DNA of 64,000 bases from a virus (taxonomy: Duplodnaviria > Heunggongvirae > Uroviricota > Caudoviricetes). Below are positions 21,835-31,552 of this stretch, piece after piece (position 1 is the first letter of the stretch; each line of letters opens with the position of its first letter). The translations under genes and the position numbers were made by a program. The stretch lies in the IMG/VR virus record IMGVR_UViG_3300032167_005013; one strand, 5' to 3'. The notes under the pieces were generated by a model that made no database searches, had not been told where the DNA came from, and saw only the letters and a list, made by a program, of their open reading frames with translations.

Positions 21835-22748
21835 GCATACCTATAAAAGAAAAACGTTCGATAATGCTCCCCCAATATAGGTTTTTAACCGAAAATCATG
21901 GTCATAACTTATTAATTGAAGAGTTGGGGGCTTTTAAAGAACAATATACAATGGCGTATGAAATGGCAAATTCGACCATTGAAATGATACGTCAGCATTC
22001 AATTAAAAAACGATTCACATTCAAAAACAACGGAAATCGTTGGGAGGAATATGAAATAATAATAAACTATTCAGAAGATAATAGTGTTTTGTTTTTTCAA
22101 ACAAGCGCTGTTTTTGAGGGTTGTTCAGAAAATCTGATAGTGCTGAAATTGAACCTTGCAAGACATGATGTGCTGTCATTATCAACAATGGAATTGGTAC
22201 ATAAGATTGCTAAAATTTATGCCCACGAATTGAATCATGGTTATGCAATAATTTCATCGTATAATAAATGTGGGGACATACCCAATTATCCTGTGCTATA
22301 TAATCAAATCATTAATGCTTTACAGGAGAGGGATATTAATCCTGACGGTGTTTTATATCGTTTGGTATATGCAATATACATAACTTCATATATTGAACTC
22401 CCCGCATTTGTGAGTCAAACAGTTCCCGAACTTAAAAGGAAATTGAAATGTAAAACATCATCTTATGAGGAATTCATTGATGCAGTAAAAAATACTGAGG
22501 CATATCGTTTATATAAAGACATTTTGGATATAACTTTGCCTATGGTGAAAAAAACCAATGGCAATCATTTGATAATGGCTTTAAAAGAATGTGATATTAA
22601 TATCAGTAATAAGGATTTGAAACACATTCTTGAATATATTGAAACAAATGCTAAGAAAGCGTTAAAAAATATTATTAGAAATTCGATGATATACTATCAC
22701 GAGTATGTAAAACAAAACGATACTGATTGGTTTAAAACACATTTATAA
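21831..22748 (+). CDS. hypothetical protein with HExxH motif, probable paralog of 12765-13814
   Basis: YAHELNHGY. Confidence 0.55.
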   Translation: MSIPIKEKRSIMLPQYRFLTENHGHNLLIEELGAFKEQYTMAYEMANSTIEMIRQHSIKKRFTFKNNGNRWEEYEIIINYSEDNSVLFFQTSAVFEGCSENLIVLKLNLARHDVLSLSTMELVHKIAKIYAHELNHGYAIISSYNKCGDIPNYPVLYNQIINALQERDINPDGVLYRLVYAIYITSYIELPAFVSQTVPELKRKLKCKTSSYEEFIDAVKNTEAYRLYKDILDITLPMVKKTNGNHLIMALKECDINISNKDLKHILEYIETNAKKALKNIIRNSMIYYHEYVKQNDTDWFKTHL

Positions 22749-22749
22749 A

Positions 22750-23121
22750 ATGATTGAGTTAAAAGAACATATTAAAAAGTATCTCGAAATATTGAAAGTA
22801 ATTCAAGAAATGAGAGAACCGGGCTATTCATTAACCCCATATGCATTAGAAATTGCAAGACAGGATAAGCATTCTGAGATTGTTGATTGTCTAATGGTAT
22901 ATCTCCATAATGGAACTGATAGGAGTGATGTATACATCCGTTCAAAAGAAATTTTCAATAATCTTGATAAGGTGAACAGAATATATAGTACCACAGATGA
23001 ATGGCAGTTAAGAACCGACGAGGATATTCATCACCTGACAAATGATTTATACCATTTTTTGACGAGCAGGACACTTCATTTGTTTTTGGAAGGTAAGAGA
23101 GAAAAACTTTTTTGTGATTAA
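22750..23121 (+). CDS. hypothetical protein
   Basis: 123-aa ORF in operon context. Confidence 0.6.
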   Translation: MIELKEHIKKYLEILKVIQEMREPGYSLTPYALEIARQDKHSEIVDCLMVYLHNGTDRSDVYIRSKEIFNNLDKVNRIYSTTDEWQLRTDEDIHHLTNDLYHFLTSRTLHLFLEGKREKLFCD

Positions 23122-23124
23122 AAT

Positions 23125-24042
23125 ATGGAAAAAGAGGTACTTGTAATAGGGGGTAATGGTCTTTTAGGAACCGCCTTTAGAAAAGTTGTTGGAGAAAAAT
23201 ATACTTATAGTGTCAGAAGGTTTGGTGATGCAAAATTCAGTAGTGACATTGTCATTGAGGACACTTCAAAACTGACCTTCGATATGGATGGAGAAATCTT
23301 GGGGTCATTTGATGTCATAGTTAATTGTGCCGCTATGACGGATGTCAATTCTATCGAAAATAATTATGATGTTGCTGAATCTGCGTGGGCGGCAAATGTG
23401 ACAGGCGTAAAAAAACTAAGTGAAATTTGTAAGAAGAATGGGACAACGCTCATCCATATTTCAACTGATTATGTTTTTGATGGAACAATAGGTAGAGAAT
23501 ATTTCCCTACTGATTCTGTTAATCCAATCAATAAATATGGCCAACAAAAAGCGGCTGCAGAACATGTCATTATGAATAGTGGATGCAAATATATTATTAT
23601 CAGGACATCGTGGATATATTCTCCATATACCCCAAATTTTATTACCAATATGTTGGATAAAGCATTGGATGGAGAAACCACTATGAGTGTTACCAATAAC
23701 ATAATTTCATCACCGACATCCGCCGTTGAGTTGGCCAAAGCGATTCAGAGTATAATTGATAGAGACTTGTTGAATTACATTGGTGTTTATCATTTTACCG
23801 ATAGTGGTTGCTGTACGAGATATGATATGGTGGAATACATTTATAATCTTGTGGGTAATGGGACTAATCATCCAAGACCTCTTCCGGATTCTGTTTGGAA
23901 ATCCAATGTAAGACGCCCTTTTTGTTCTGTAATGTCCAAAGAAAGTTTTTCAAAGACATTTGATATAGTCCCACGAAGTTGGATGTTATCATTGAAAAAA
24001 TGTGTCGATGAATATCGTAATTTAAAATCAACTAATTCTTGA
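23125..24042 (+). CDS. rmlD: dTDP-4-dehydrorhamnose reductase-like protein
   Basis: GGNGLLG, HISTDYVFDG, PINKYGQQK, RTSWIY. Confidence 0.88.
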   Translation: MEKEVLVIGGNGLLGTAFRKVVGEKYTYSVRRFGDAKFSSDIVIEDTSKLTFDMDGEILGSFDVIVNCAAMTDVNSIENNYDVAESAWAANVTGVKKLSEICKKNGTTLIHISTDYVFDGTIGREYFPTDSVNPINKYGQQKAAAEHVIMNSGCKYIIIRTSWIYSPYTPNFITNMLDKALDGETTMSVTNNIISSPTSAVELAKAIQSIIDRDLLNYIGVYHFTDSGCCTRYDMVEYIYNLVGNGTNHPRPLPDSVWKSNVRRPFCSVMSKESFSKTFDIVPRSWMLSLKKCVDEYRNLKSTNS

Positions 24043-24113
24043 TTATATTAAAAAAAATTACTATTTTTACAAAAAGATTTATCATAACAATTTTAAAAAA
24101 AATTAAATAAGAT

Positions 24114-25949
24114 ATGGGAAAAATAATTGGAATTGACTTGGGGTCAACAAATAGTGCCGTTGCGGTACTTGAAAATGGAACACCGACAGTCATAATCAAT
24201 GATGAAGGTGGAAGGACAACCCCTTCAGTTATTGCAATTAAGGGTGATGAAAAGAAGGTAGGTGCTGCAGCAAACCGTGCATCTGCATTGAACCCTAAGA
24301 CAACAGTTAAGGTTATTAAGCGTTTTATGGGTGGAACTTATGATGAGGTTAAGGAACATATATCCCACTCTCTTTTTGATGTTGAAAACGTAAATGGTAT
24401 GCCTCGTGTAAAAATTGAGGATAAACTTTATAGTCCTGAGGAACTTTCTGCAATGATTCTTCAGAAAATGAAGAAGATTGCTGAGGATTATCTTGGCGAA
24501 ACAGTTACTGATGCTGTCATCACAGTACCCGCATATTTTTCCGACTCTGCCCGTGCAGCAACTAAGGTGGCCGGTGAAATTGCAGGACTTAATGTGCGCC
24601 GTATTGTTGCTGAGCCAACAGCCGCAGTTCTTGCATCGGATATTGATAGAGCAAAGGGTGGTAAATTCATGGTAGTCGATGATGGTGGTAGTACACTTGA
24701 TATCTCAGTAGTTGATGTTGCTGATGATGTTGTTGAGGTTCTTGCATCATATGGTGATGTTTATTGTGGTGGTTCTGACATCGATAAGGCTCTTTGTGAT
24801 TTTGTTGTATCTGAATTTAAAACGAATAATGGTGTCGACCTTACAAAAGATACAATGGCAATAGGACGAGTGATGGAGGCATGTGAAAAGGCAAAAATTG
24901 AACTTTCAAATACAACCACAACTGAGATTAATCTTCCTTATATCACGGCTGTTGATGGTGCGCCTATTCATCTTGTTCAGACAGTAAGTAGGGCTAAATT
25001 TGAATCACTTATTGATAATCATGTTAATAAGGTTATTACATGTGCTAAGGAGGCTATGAAGAAAGCCGACCTTGCTTATTCCGAAATTGAATCGATTCTT
25101 CTTGTTGGAGGTACAACACGTATCCCTAAATTGCAGGAGGCTCTTGAAACAGAGTTTGGTGTTTCTCTTAATAAATCACTTAACCCTGATGAGGCTGTTG
25201 CACAGGGTGCTGCTGTTCAGGCGGGTATTCTTGCGGGTGAAGTAACAGACTTGGTTTTGATGGATGTACTTCCGATTGCAGTCGGAATTGAAGTTTACGG
25301 CAACATCTTTAATAAGATGATTGAATCCAACACGACCATCCCAACTAAAAGGACTGAGGTATTTTCAACGGCTGCCGATAATCAACCGGCAATTACTGTT
25401 CGCGTACTTCAGGGTGAACGTCCAATGGCGAGTGATAATAAACAGATTGGTGTATTCAACCTTGATGGAATTGCACCTGCACCAAGAGGTGTACCTCAGA
25501 TTGAGGTGACGTTTGATGTTTCAACAGATGGTATTCTTACAGTAACGGCAAAGGATAAGGGTACAGGTAAGGAACAGCACATTGAAATCAAGGAATCGTG
25601 TGGCCTTTCTGATGATGAAATTCAGAGAATGAAGGATGAGGCCAAGGCAAATGAAGATGCTGATAAGAAACGCCGTGAAGAGGCAGAAAAATTGAATCAG
25701 GCTGAAGCATTCTGTTTTCAAACAAAAAAACAACTTGAGGATATGAAGGATACCCTTTCTGATGAAAATAAGAAAGTTCTTGAGGAGAAATGCAAGGCAC
25801 TTGAAGATGCCCTTCCAAGTAAGGACCTTGAAAAGATTGAACCGGCGCATAAGGAATTGCAGGATGAATGGTATCGCATTACAAGTGAAATGTATGCGGA
25901 GAAGATGCCTGAAAATCCGGGAGAAACAGTTATAAATCCTGAGGTATAA
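24114..25949 (+). CDS. dnaK: Hsp70 chaperone DnaK
   Basis: IIGIDLGSTNS, TVPAYF, EPTAA, LLVGGTTRIP, PRGVPQIEVTFD. Confidence 0.97.
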   Translation: MGKIIGIDLGSTNSAVAVLENGTPTVIINDEGGRTTPSVIAIKGDEKKVGAAANRASALNPKTTVKVIKRFMGGTYDEVKEHISHSLFDVENVNGMPRVKIEDKLYSPEELSAMILQKMKKIAEDYLGETVTDAVITVPAYFSDSARAATKVAGEIAGLNVRRIVAEPTAAVLASDIDRAKGGKFMVVDDGGSTLDISVVDVADDVVEVLASYGDVYCGGSDIDKALCDFVVSEFKTNNGVDLTKDTMAIGRVMEACEKAKIELSNTTTTEINLPYITAVDGAPIHLVQTVSRAKFESLIDNHVNKVITCAKEAMKKADLAYSEIESILLVGGTTRIPKLQEALETEFGVSLNKSLNPDEAVAQGAAVQAGILAGEVTDLVLMDVLPIAVGIEVYGNIFNKMIESNTTIPTKRTEVFSTAADNQPAITVRVLQGERPMASDNKQIGVFNLDGIAPAPRGVPQIEVTFDVSTDGILTVTAKDKGTGKEQHIEIKESCGLSDDEIQRMKDEAKANEDADKKRREEAEKLNQAEAFCFQTKKQLEDMKDTLSDENKKVLEEKCKALEDALPSKDLEKIEPAHKELQDEWYRITSEMYAEKMPENPGETVINPEV

Positions 25950-25983
25950 TAATAATAAAAGAAATTAAAAAAGGAAATAATTT

Positions 25984-26787
25984 ATGTGTAAGCAAGGTTT
26001 GATACATGTATGTATGGTTATTGACGCCTCAGGCTCCATGTTTGGTTCAAAAGAGGATGTTGTAGGAGGTTTTAATAAGACAATTGAGGAACAACGAGCA
26101 ATTAAAGACGGTGAGTGTGTGGTATCACTTTTTACTTTCAATGATAATGTAAAACAAGTATTTCTTGGAAGAAACCTTGATGAGATTAAACCACTCACAT
26201 GTGACAATTATATCACGCCACTTGAATCTTGGAGTACATTAACAGTGTGGTCTAATAACGGAGCAACTTATATAGATAATCAAACGTCTAAGACGGTTTC
26301 TAATGAAGATGAATATAACTATTCGCCTAACGGCCTTACGGCGATGAATGATGGTATTGGTACTGCAATTGACGCTGTTGGTAAATGGCTTGCAGATATG
26401 CCTGAAGAAGAAAGACCTTCAAAGAACCTAATTGTTGTGATGACTGATGGCATGGAGAATGCTTCAAAGGAATACACTCTTGCAAAGGTCCGTGAAATGA
26501 TTAAGCATCAGACCGATGTATATAATTGGTCGTTTGTTTACATGGGGACTGACATTACAACTGTTGATGCAGCCGAAGGACTTGGAATTAATACCCGTTC
26601 TTTTAGCAGCAGGGCAAGTTCAGATACCTTCAAGAATTATACCAATATTTCTCTTGCTACATCGGCTTATCGCTCAGCAGATTCATTAGAGGACGCAGTA
26701 TGCGCACTTAATGCATGTCTTACTACGAATCTCACTGAAATGACAAAGTCGTATGAGGCTACAACAGGAATTAAAATTGAAAAATAA
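25984..26787 (+). CDS. vWA domain protein
   Basis: IDASGSM MIDAS motif, TAMNDGIG, MTDGMEN. Confidence 0.85.
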   Translation: MCKQGLIHVCMVIDASGSMFGSKEDVVGGFNKTIEEQRAIKDGECVVSLFTFNDNVKQVFLGRNLDEIKPLTCDNYITPLESWSTLTVWSNNGATYIDNQTSKTVSNEDEYNYSPNGLTAMNDGIGTAIDAVGKWLADMPEEERPSKNLIVVMTDGMENASKEYTLAKVREMIKHQTDVYNWSFVYMGTDITTVDAAEGLGINTRSFSSRASSDTFKNYTNISLATSAYRSADSLEDAVCALNACLTTNLTEMTKSYEATTGIKIEK

Positions 26788-26881
26788 TTCAATTATTATA
26801 AATCATATCTAAAAATAAAACGGGACCTGCTGTGAAGCACATCCCGTTTTTTCGTGTAAGTATATAAGTAAGTAAATGTGT

Positions 26882-27526
26882 CTAATAATCATGCCAATTT
26901 TCTGCTGAGACATATGTAACGGTAAACCATGTTCCCGCTGTCACATTAGTTCCTGAATTCAATTGACTTGCTTCTGAAGATGTATAAAAACCATTTAGAA
27001 CCGCGGCTCCTCCATCGTTGGTGTAACAAACATAAGAAAGAAATACGAGATTAGTTCCACTTGTTGGCCATGTTGGTGTTTCATATGTTATTAAAGTCAT
27101 TGTTATGCTTGTGGTTGAACTATTGAAACCACCATTATTAGCATCGGCTTGACAATAAAGATAACTGGCATTTTCATGTATCTTTGTATCAGTAAATTGT
27201 GGTCTGCTACCGAAATGCACTAACCATAATGAAGAGTCACCTTGGCTAGTTAAATATGAACTACTGTATAATCTTATGGTTAGTTTTCCAATGTTTTTCT
27301 TCCAATCAACATCCCACCAACGGACAAGTTGTTTTGCATTATATGAAGTTGGAATTGTTACCGTATAGCCAGTTCTTACTGCTGCAGTAATTAGGGCTTT
27401 TGTTGGGCACATATCTAAACTTGGTATGTATGATACAACATTTACGTTCGTTGTATTGAAACTGAATGCTCCTGTATTTTGCATTTCTCCTGCTGTGTAT
27501 ATAGCATTACTATTACCCGTTGCCAT
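26882..27526 (-). CDS. hypothetical S/T-rich protein (possible virion protein)
   Basis: 214-aa ORF; TATTTAT box upstream on the minus strand (~27586-27592). Confidence 0.55.
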   Translation of the reverse strand: MATGNSNAIYTAGEMQNTGAFSFNTTNVNVVSYIPSLDMCPTKALITAAVRTGYTVTIPTSYNAKQLVRWWDVDWKKNIGKLTIRLYSSSYLTSQGDSSLWLVHFGSRPQFTDTKIHENASYLYCQADANNGGFNSSTTSITMTLITYETPTWPTSGTNLVFLSYVCYTNDGGAAVLNGFYTSSEASQLNSGTNVTAGTWFTVTYVSAENWHDY

Positions 27527-27742
27527 ATGTATATATATTACATTTTTACTTCTTTATTAATAACTTAAACACTTAACTTACACACATAAATAGCTAAAAG
27601 TCAAGTAAACGACTCACTTAGTTAAAAATAAATTTTCACATTTTTTGTTAAATAAAAAAAATTATCTATATTTGCAAACGAAAGTACAACGAATTAAGAG
27701 TACGTGTTTTTAACAGATTTTTAAATTTTAACTTATTTTAAC

Positions 27743-28228
27743 ATGAAGCAGATTACAATTGATGGTCGTCTCGGAAAGGACGCAGTTCTTGGAACGACAC
27801 AGAACGGAAGACAGTATCTCCGTTTTTCACTCGCGAATTCAACTTACTCAAAGAACGAGGGGGAGAAGACAGAATGGTTTGATGTAACCACTTACGATGA
27901 TTTTACAATTAAGTACAGACAGAATGTACTGAAGAAGGGTTCTTATGTAATTGTTACCGGAACATGGAAGTCTGAGACATCAATCAAGGATTCAAAGGTT
28001 TGGGTTAATCATTATGTGAATGCCACAGATATCAATGTACCTAATCTTGGTACCAAGAAGGAAAATCTCGCGCCTAAGGTTGATACCCCTTCAGTCCCAA
28101 CACCAAGTATCCCATCTCCTACAGTGGATGTTCCAACGGTAGAGGCCCGTCTCAATGCTGCTGAAGAGGCTGCAGTAAAGGCTAATTACGTTGCAGCAGA
28201 TGACGAGGATGACGACCTCCCATTCTAA
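27743..28228 (+). CDS. ssb: single-stranded DNA-binding protein
   Basis: GRLGKDA OB-fold start; acidic DDDLPF tail. Confidence 0.9.
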   Translation: MKQITIDGRLGKDAVLGTTQNGRQYLRFSLANSTYSKNEGEKTEWFDVTTYDDFTIKYRQNVLKKGSYVIVTGTWKSETSIKDSKVWVNHYVNATDINVPNLGTKKENLAPKVDTPSVPTPSIPSPTVDVPTVEARLNAAEEAAVKANYVAADDEDDDLPF

Positions 28229-28306
28229 AAAGAATATGCGTGTCTGAGGGACGCGGATTAACAAGGCTAATGCCACCCTCAAACAAATACAACAAAAAAG
28301 GTGGGC

Positions 28307-28335
28307 AGTGAGGAGAAATTTCTCCTCACTTTTTC
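28307..28335 (+). terminator. intrinsic terminator
   Basis: GTGAGGAGAAATTTCTCCTCAC followed by a T-run. Confidence 0.7.
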
Positions 28336-28781
28336 TAAATGTTTGATATTTATATATTTTAAAATGTAATAAGAGGATAAAATTTTATAATAAGAGGATA
28401 AATTTTATGAAAATGAAATTTAGAATTAATGAATCATCACATTTAAGTATTGTGGATGATAAAAAAGAAATTATTATTCAGACAGACAAAGCAGACCTTA
28501 AAGAATTAGTGAAAATCATAGAAAAACACATTAAGGAAAGTGAGGAACCTACTGTGAAAGCAACATGTTATGGTTATAATCCTAGAACAAATAGAATGGA
28601 ACCATTAAAAAAATAAAAGAGGGAACGTCGAGGAGATGTTTTTCCTCTTTTTGTTTTTCTTGAAATAAAACACTATATTTGGACAATAATAGATATTTAT
28701 TATTAATAATAAGATATACATACGATTATAAGGAAAATTGCTAAAGACCGTTATAATAAAGAAATTCAAGAATTCAACACA

Positions 28782-29228
28782 ATGAAACTTAGCCTTAATG
28801 ATATTAGATATATTGTAGAAGAAGTAACAAAACGAATTGTAAATGAAACAACCAATCCTGAAATGTTGGAACAAGCTTGTCAAACATTGAAAAAAATGGG
28901 TGTTCATGAAACTAATCCTGAACTTGGAAATGAACAAATGCTTACTGATACTGGCATAGAGAGGCTGAAAATTAAAAAGCGTGTTTATGTTTGGGAGATA
29001 CAAATTGGAGATAGGTGGTTCTACTCAAAACATAATTTTCCAACTGCAGACCTTGCTGAACGAAATTGTGAAAAATACCTTAATGCAATCAATTTTTACG
29101 ATGTAGTGGATGGCTATCAAGAAAATCCTATAATGAGTGCTGTGGTATCACAACTTTACAGAAATAAATTGGGAAATATTGATTCGGATATTTGTTTATC
29201 CAATGATTCTGGATTTTGGATGGACTAA
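28782..29228 (+). CDS. hypothetical protein; N-terminus resembles that of the disrupted PRTase gene
   Basis: MKLSLNDIRYIVEEVTKRIVNE vs MKLNYNDIRYIINETTK*IIE. Confidence 0.65.
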   Translation: MKLSLNDIRYIVEEVTKRIVNETTNPEMLEQACQTLKKMGVHETNPELGNEQMLTDTGIERLKIKKRVYVWEIQIGDRWFYSKHNFPTADLAERNCEKYLNAINFYDVVDGYQENPIMSAVVSQLYRNKLGNIDSDICLSNDSGFWMD

Positions 29229-29348
29229 CTTAAATTAACTGAATTTTATATTAAAAACACAGATTCTTTGAAAGTTTCTGTGTTTTTTTGTTAGTTTGGC
29301 ACAATATTTGTATATTTGCAATGCAGAAACACGTTAAAACTTAAAAAT

Positions 29349-29546
29349 ATGATATTGAATATTATTTTTGGAATATTGATGGTTATTGGCATGGTATTGG
29401 TCCTGAGAGATAATGATGCTGAAATCGTTGCTTGGAGGTCAGGACAATATGGAAAGGCTGCCCTTCTTCTGATTTGGTGGGTGGTCAAGATTATTATCTT
29501 TTTCTTCTTTGCTCCGATAATCTTGCTTTTTTGGATTTTCAGATAA
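29349..29546 (+). CDS. small membrane protein
   Basis: Two hydrophobic segments; promoter boxes at 29297-29319. Confidence 0.5.
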   Translation: MILNIIFGILMVIGMVLVLRDNDAEIVAWRSGQYGKAALLLIWWVVKIIIFFFFAPIILLFWIFR

Positions 29547-29577
29547 TACGAAAAATAGTACATTAATAAATACGAAT

Positions 29578-30768
29578 ATGACTACAGTAGAACAGATAGA
29601 AAAGAAAGGACTTGCATATAAATATGTAAGGGGAAGTCAGTTGTATAACACAGCACTGCCTGATGGCCAAAGTGATGTTGATTATGGTGGCGTATATATT
29701 GCTGATAACGATGTGTTATTGGGACTTTCGGCAAATTATGAGCCTCAAATATCAGATGAAAAGCATGATACCACTTATTATGAATTGGGTAGATGGGTGG
29801 AATTGCTTATGAAAGCAAATCCAAATGCCCTTGAGAGTCTTTTCGTACCTGAGGATAAAATTATCGGAGATATTCATCCGGCAATACAACTTATCAGGGA
29901 TAATAAGGAACTTTTTTTAACTAAAGAGTGTTTTGGGAGTCTGTGTGGTTATGCAAAATCACAGGTTGCAAAATGTCGTGGTCTTAATAAGAAATGTGTT
30001 CAGCCAGTTCTTGAAAGGAAGGAAGTTCTTGATTTCTGTTATACATTTAAAGGACAGGGTTCACAATCAATGAAAGATTTCCTTGCAGAAAGAGGACTTG
30101 ACCAAAAGTATTGCGGACTTGTGAATATCCCTAATATGAAAGATACATATGGAGTCTATTATGATTTTGCCGCTCATGCTAAGTTTGAAAATATGGATTT
30201 TCCATCAAAAAGGGAAATGGAGTTATATGTAATGGAAATTTTCGGAGAGAATTACTATAAAAATAATTATCTAAGAAGAATCCAAGATAAAGAGTTTTTT
30301 GGATATTCAGGAATTGTACATCCTGATGGAAAATCAAACGAGGTAAGATTATCATCAATACCAAAGGGGGAGGTGCCTATCTGTTTCATGACATATAATC
30401 AGAATGGTTATGAAAGTCATTGCAGGAAATATAAGGAATATCAGGAATGGGTTGAGAAGAGAAACCCTGTAAGATATGAGTCAAATCTTAAGTCTAACTA
30501 TGATTGCAAGAATGTCATGCATTGTGTGCGTCTTCTTCATATGGGAAAAGAACTTGCAGAGAATAAGGGATTCAATGTGGTCCGCACATGGGACAGGGAA
30601 ATGCTTCTCGATATCAGGAATCATAAGTATGAATATGAGGAAATAATGGATTACGTTGATAAGACATATAATGAAATGATGGAAGCAAAAAAAACTTGTA
30701 TTCTTCCTGATACTTGTGATGTTGAAAAGATTAATGAATTGCTTATAATGGCAAGAAAAATGGTTTAA
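29578..30768 (+). CDS. DNA pol-beta-superfamily nucleotidyltransferase (RlaP/YcgL-like, RNA-repair associated)
   Basis: RGSQLY..SDVDYGGVY, KANPNALESLF, YDCKNVMHCVRL. Confidence 0.85.
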   Translation: MTTVEQIEKKGLAYKYVRGSQLYNTALPDGQSDVDYGGVYIADNDVLLGLSANYEPQISDEKHDTTYYELGRWVELLMKANPNALESLFVPEDKIIGDIHPAIQLIRDNKELFLTKECFGSLCGYAKSQVAKCRGLNKKCVQPVLERKEVLDFCYTFKGQGSQSMKDFLAERGLDQKYCGLVNIPNMKDTYGVYYDFAAHAKFENMDFPSKREMELYVMEIFGENYYKNNYLRRIQDKEFFGYSGIVHPDGKSNEVRLSSIPKGEVPICFMTYNQNGYESHCRKYKEYQEWVEKRNPVRYESNLKSNYDCKNVMHCVRLLHMGKELAENKGFNVVRTWDREMLLDIRNHKYEYEEIMDYVDKTYNEMMEAKKTCILPDTCDVEKINELLIMARKMV

Positions 30769-30771
30769 CAT

Positions 30772-30987
30772 ATGGCTAAATTTAGAATCGTAGAAAAATA
30801 TGATGATGACCTTTATAATGAGGTGCGTTATTTTCCTCAAATTAAAGTTCTTGGTTTTATATGGTGGTCAATGAGTTTCGGAAAAACTAGTCAGGGAGCC
30901 GCCATGGAAGTTATAAAGGCACATGTGAAGTCTACGAAAAAGAAAGAAATACCGAAACCAAAAATTGTGTGGGAGGGAGAGTTTTGA
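30772..30987 (+). CDS. hypothetical protein
   Basis: 71-aa ORF in operon. Confidence 0.55.
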   Translation: MAKFRIVEKYDDDLYNEVRYFPQIKVLGFIWWSMSFGKTSQGAAMEVIKAHVKSTKKKEIPKPKIVWEGEF

Positions 30988-31454
30988 AAATAGTGTTTTT
31001 TGATTGTGATGGTGTCATTAATTCATATGATTGGGATATTACAGCGAAGCCTGATGATATCCCTGACCTTGACATCGACCCTCAGGCAATGGGGAGATTA
31101 AATTACATCTATGAGGAAACAAATGCGTTATTTGTCATGTCGTCAGATTGGCGTGAGGATTTCGATGATGCCTGCAAGCGCCTTAGACGTTCAGGCGCAG
31201 AGTTTCCGATTATCGGGTACATACCTCTTCATATTTTTGACATGACACAGCCTGACAAGAGTCGTGGTGCTGAAATTGAACATTGGATTGCTGATAATGT
31301 GACGGATGATGATTTCAATTACGTTATCATTGATGACCGCGCCGATTTTAGAAAGAAACAAAAGAAACATTTCGTTAAAATAAATCCTAAGACAGGCATT
31401 ACCAATGTTGATGTTGCTAAAGTTATTAAAATTTTAAAAAAAAAATCAAAATAA
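30984..31454 (+). CDS. HAD phosphatase (Swiss-Army-Knife RNA-repair type)
   Basis: FFDCDGVIN, SSDWR, RGAEIEHW, YVIIDD. Confidence 0.8.
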   Translation: MKIVFFDCDGVINSYDWDITAKPDDIPDLDIDPQAMGRLNYIYEETNALFVMSSDWREDFDDACKRLRRSGAEFPIIGYIPLHIFDMTQPDKSRGAEIEHWIADNVTDDDFNYVIIDDRADFRKKQKKHFVKINPKTGITNVDVAKVIKILKKKSK

Positions 31455-31504
31455 TTTTGGTAGTTTGACATAATATTTGTATATTTGCAGATGATTCCGA
31501 GAAA

Positions 31505-31551
31505 GAAAATCGGACAGCATTTTTTTTAACGTTTAACTTAAAAGATTTTCG
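31505..31551 (+). promoter_or_regulatory. stem-ACAGCA RNA element abutting the start codon
   Basis: GAAAATC-GG-ACAGCA...GATTTTC-G; same architecture at 63674 and 63773. Confidence 0.55.
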
Positions 31552-31552
31552 T

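Noticed and set aside
7052-25949. Bacterial chromosome origin of the window
   Set aside because: Host-like genes lack their usual operon partners and are interleaved with phage-type hypotheticals, an intein and HNH/tRNA clusters; no rRNA or ribosomal protein operons are present.
28369-28409. Short tandem duplication ATAAGAGGATAAA(A)TTTTAT
   Set aside because: Two copies only; likely local slippage at a start region.
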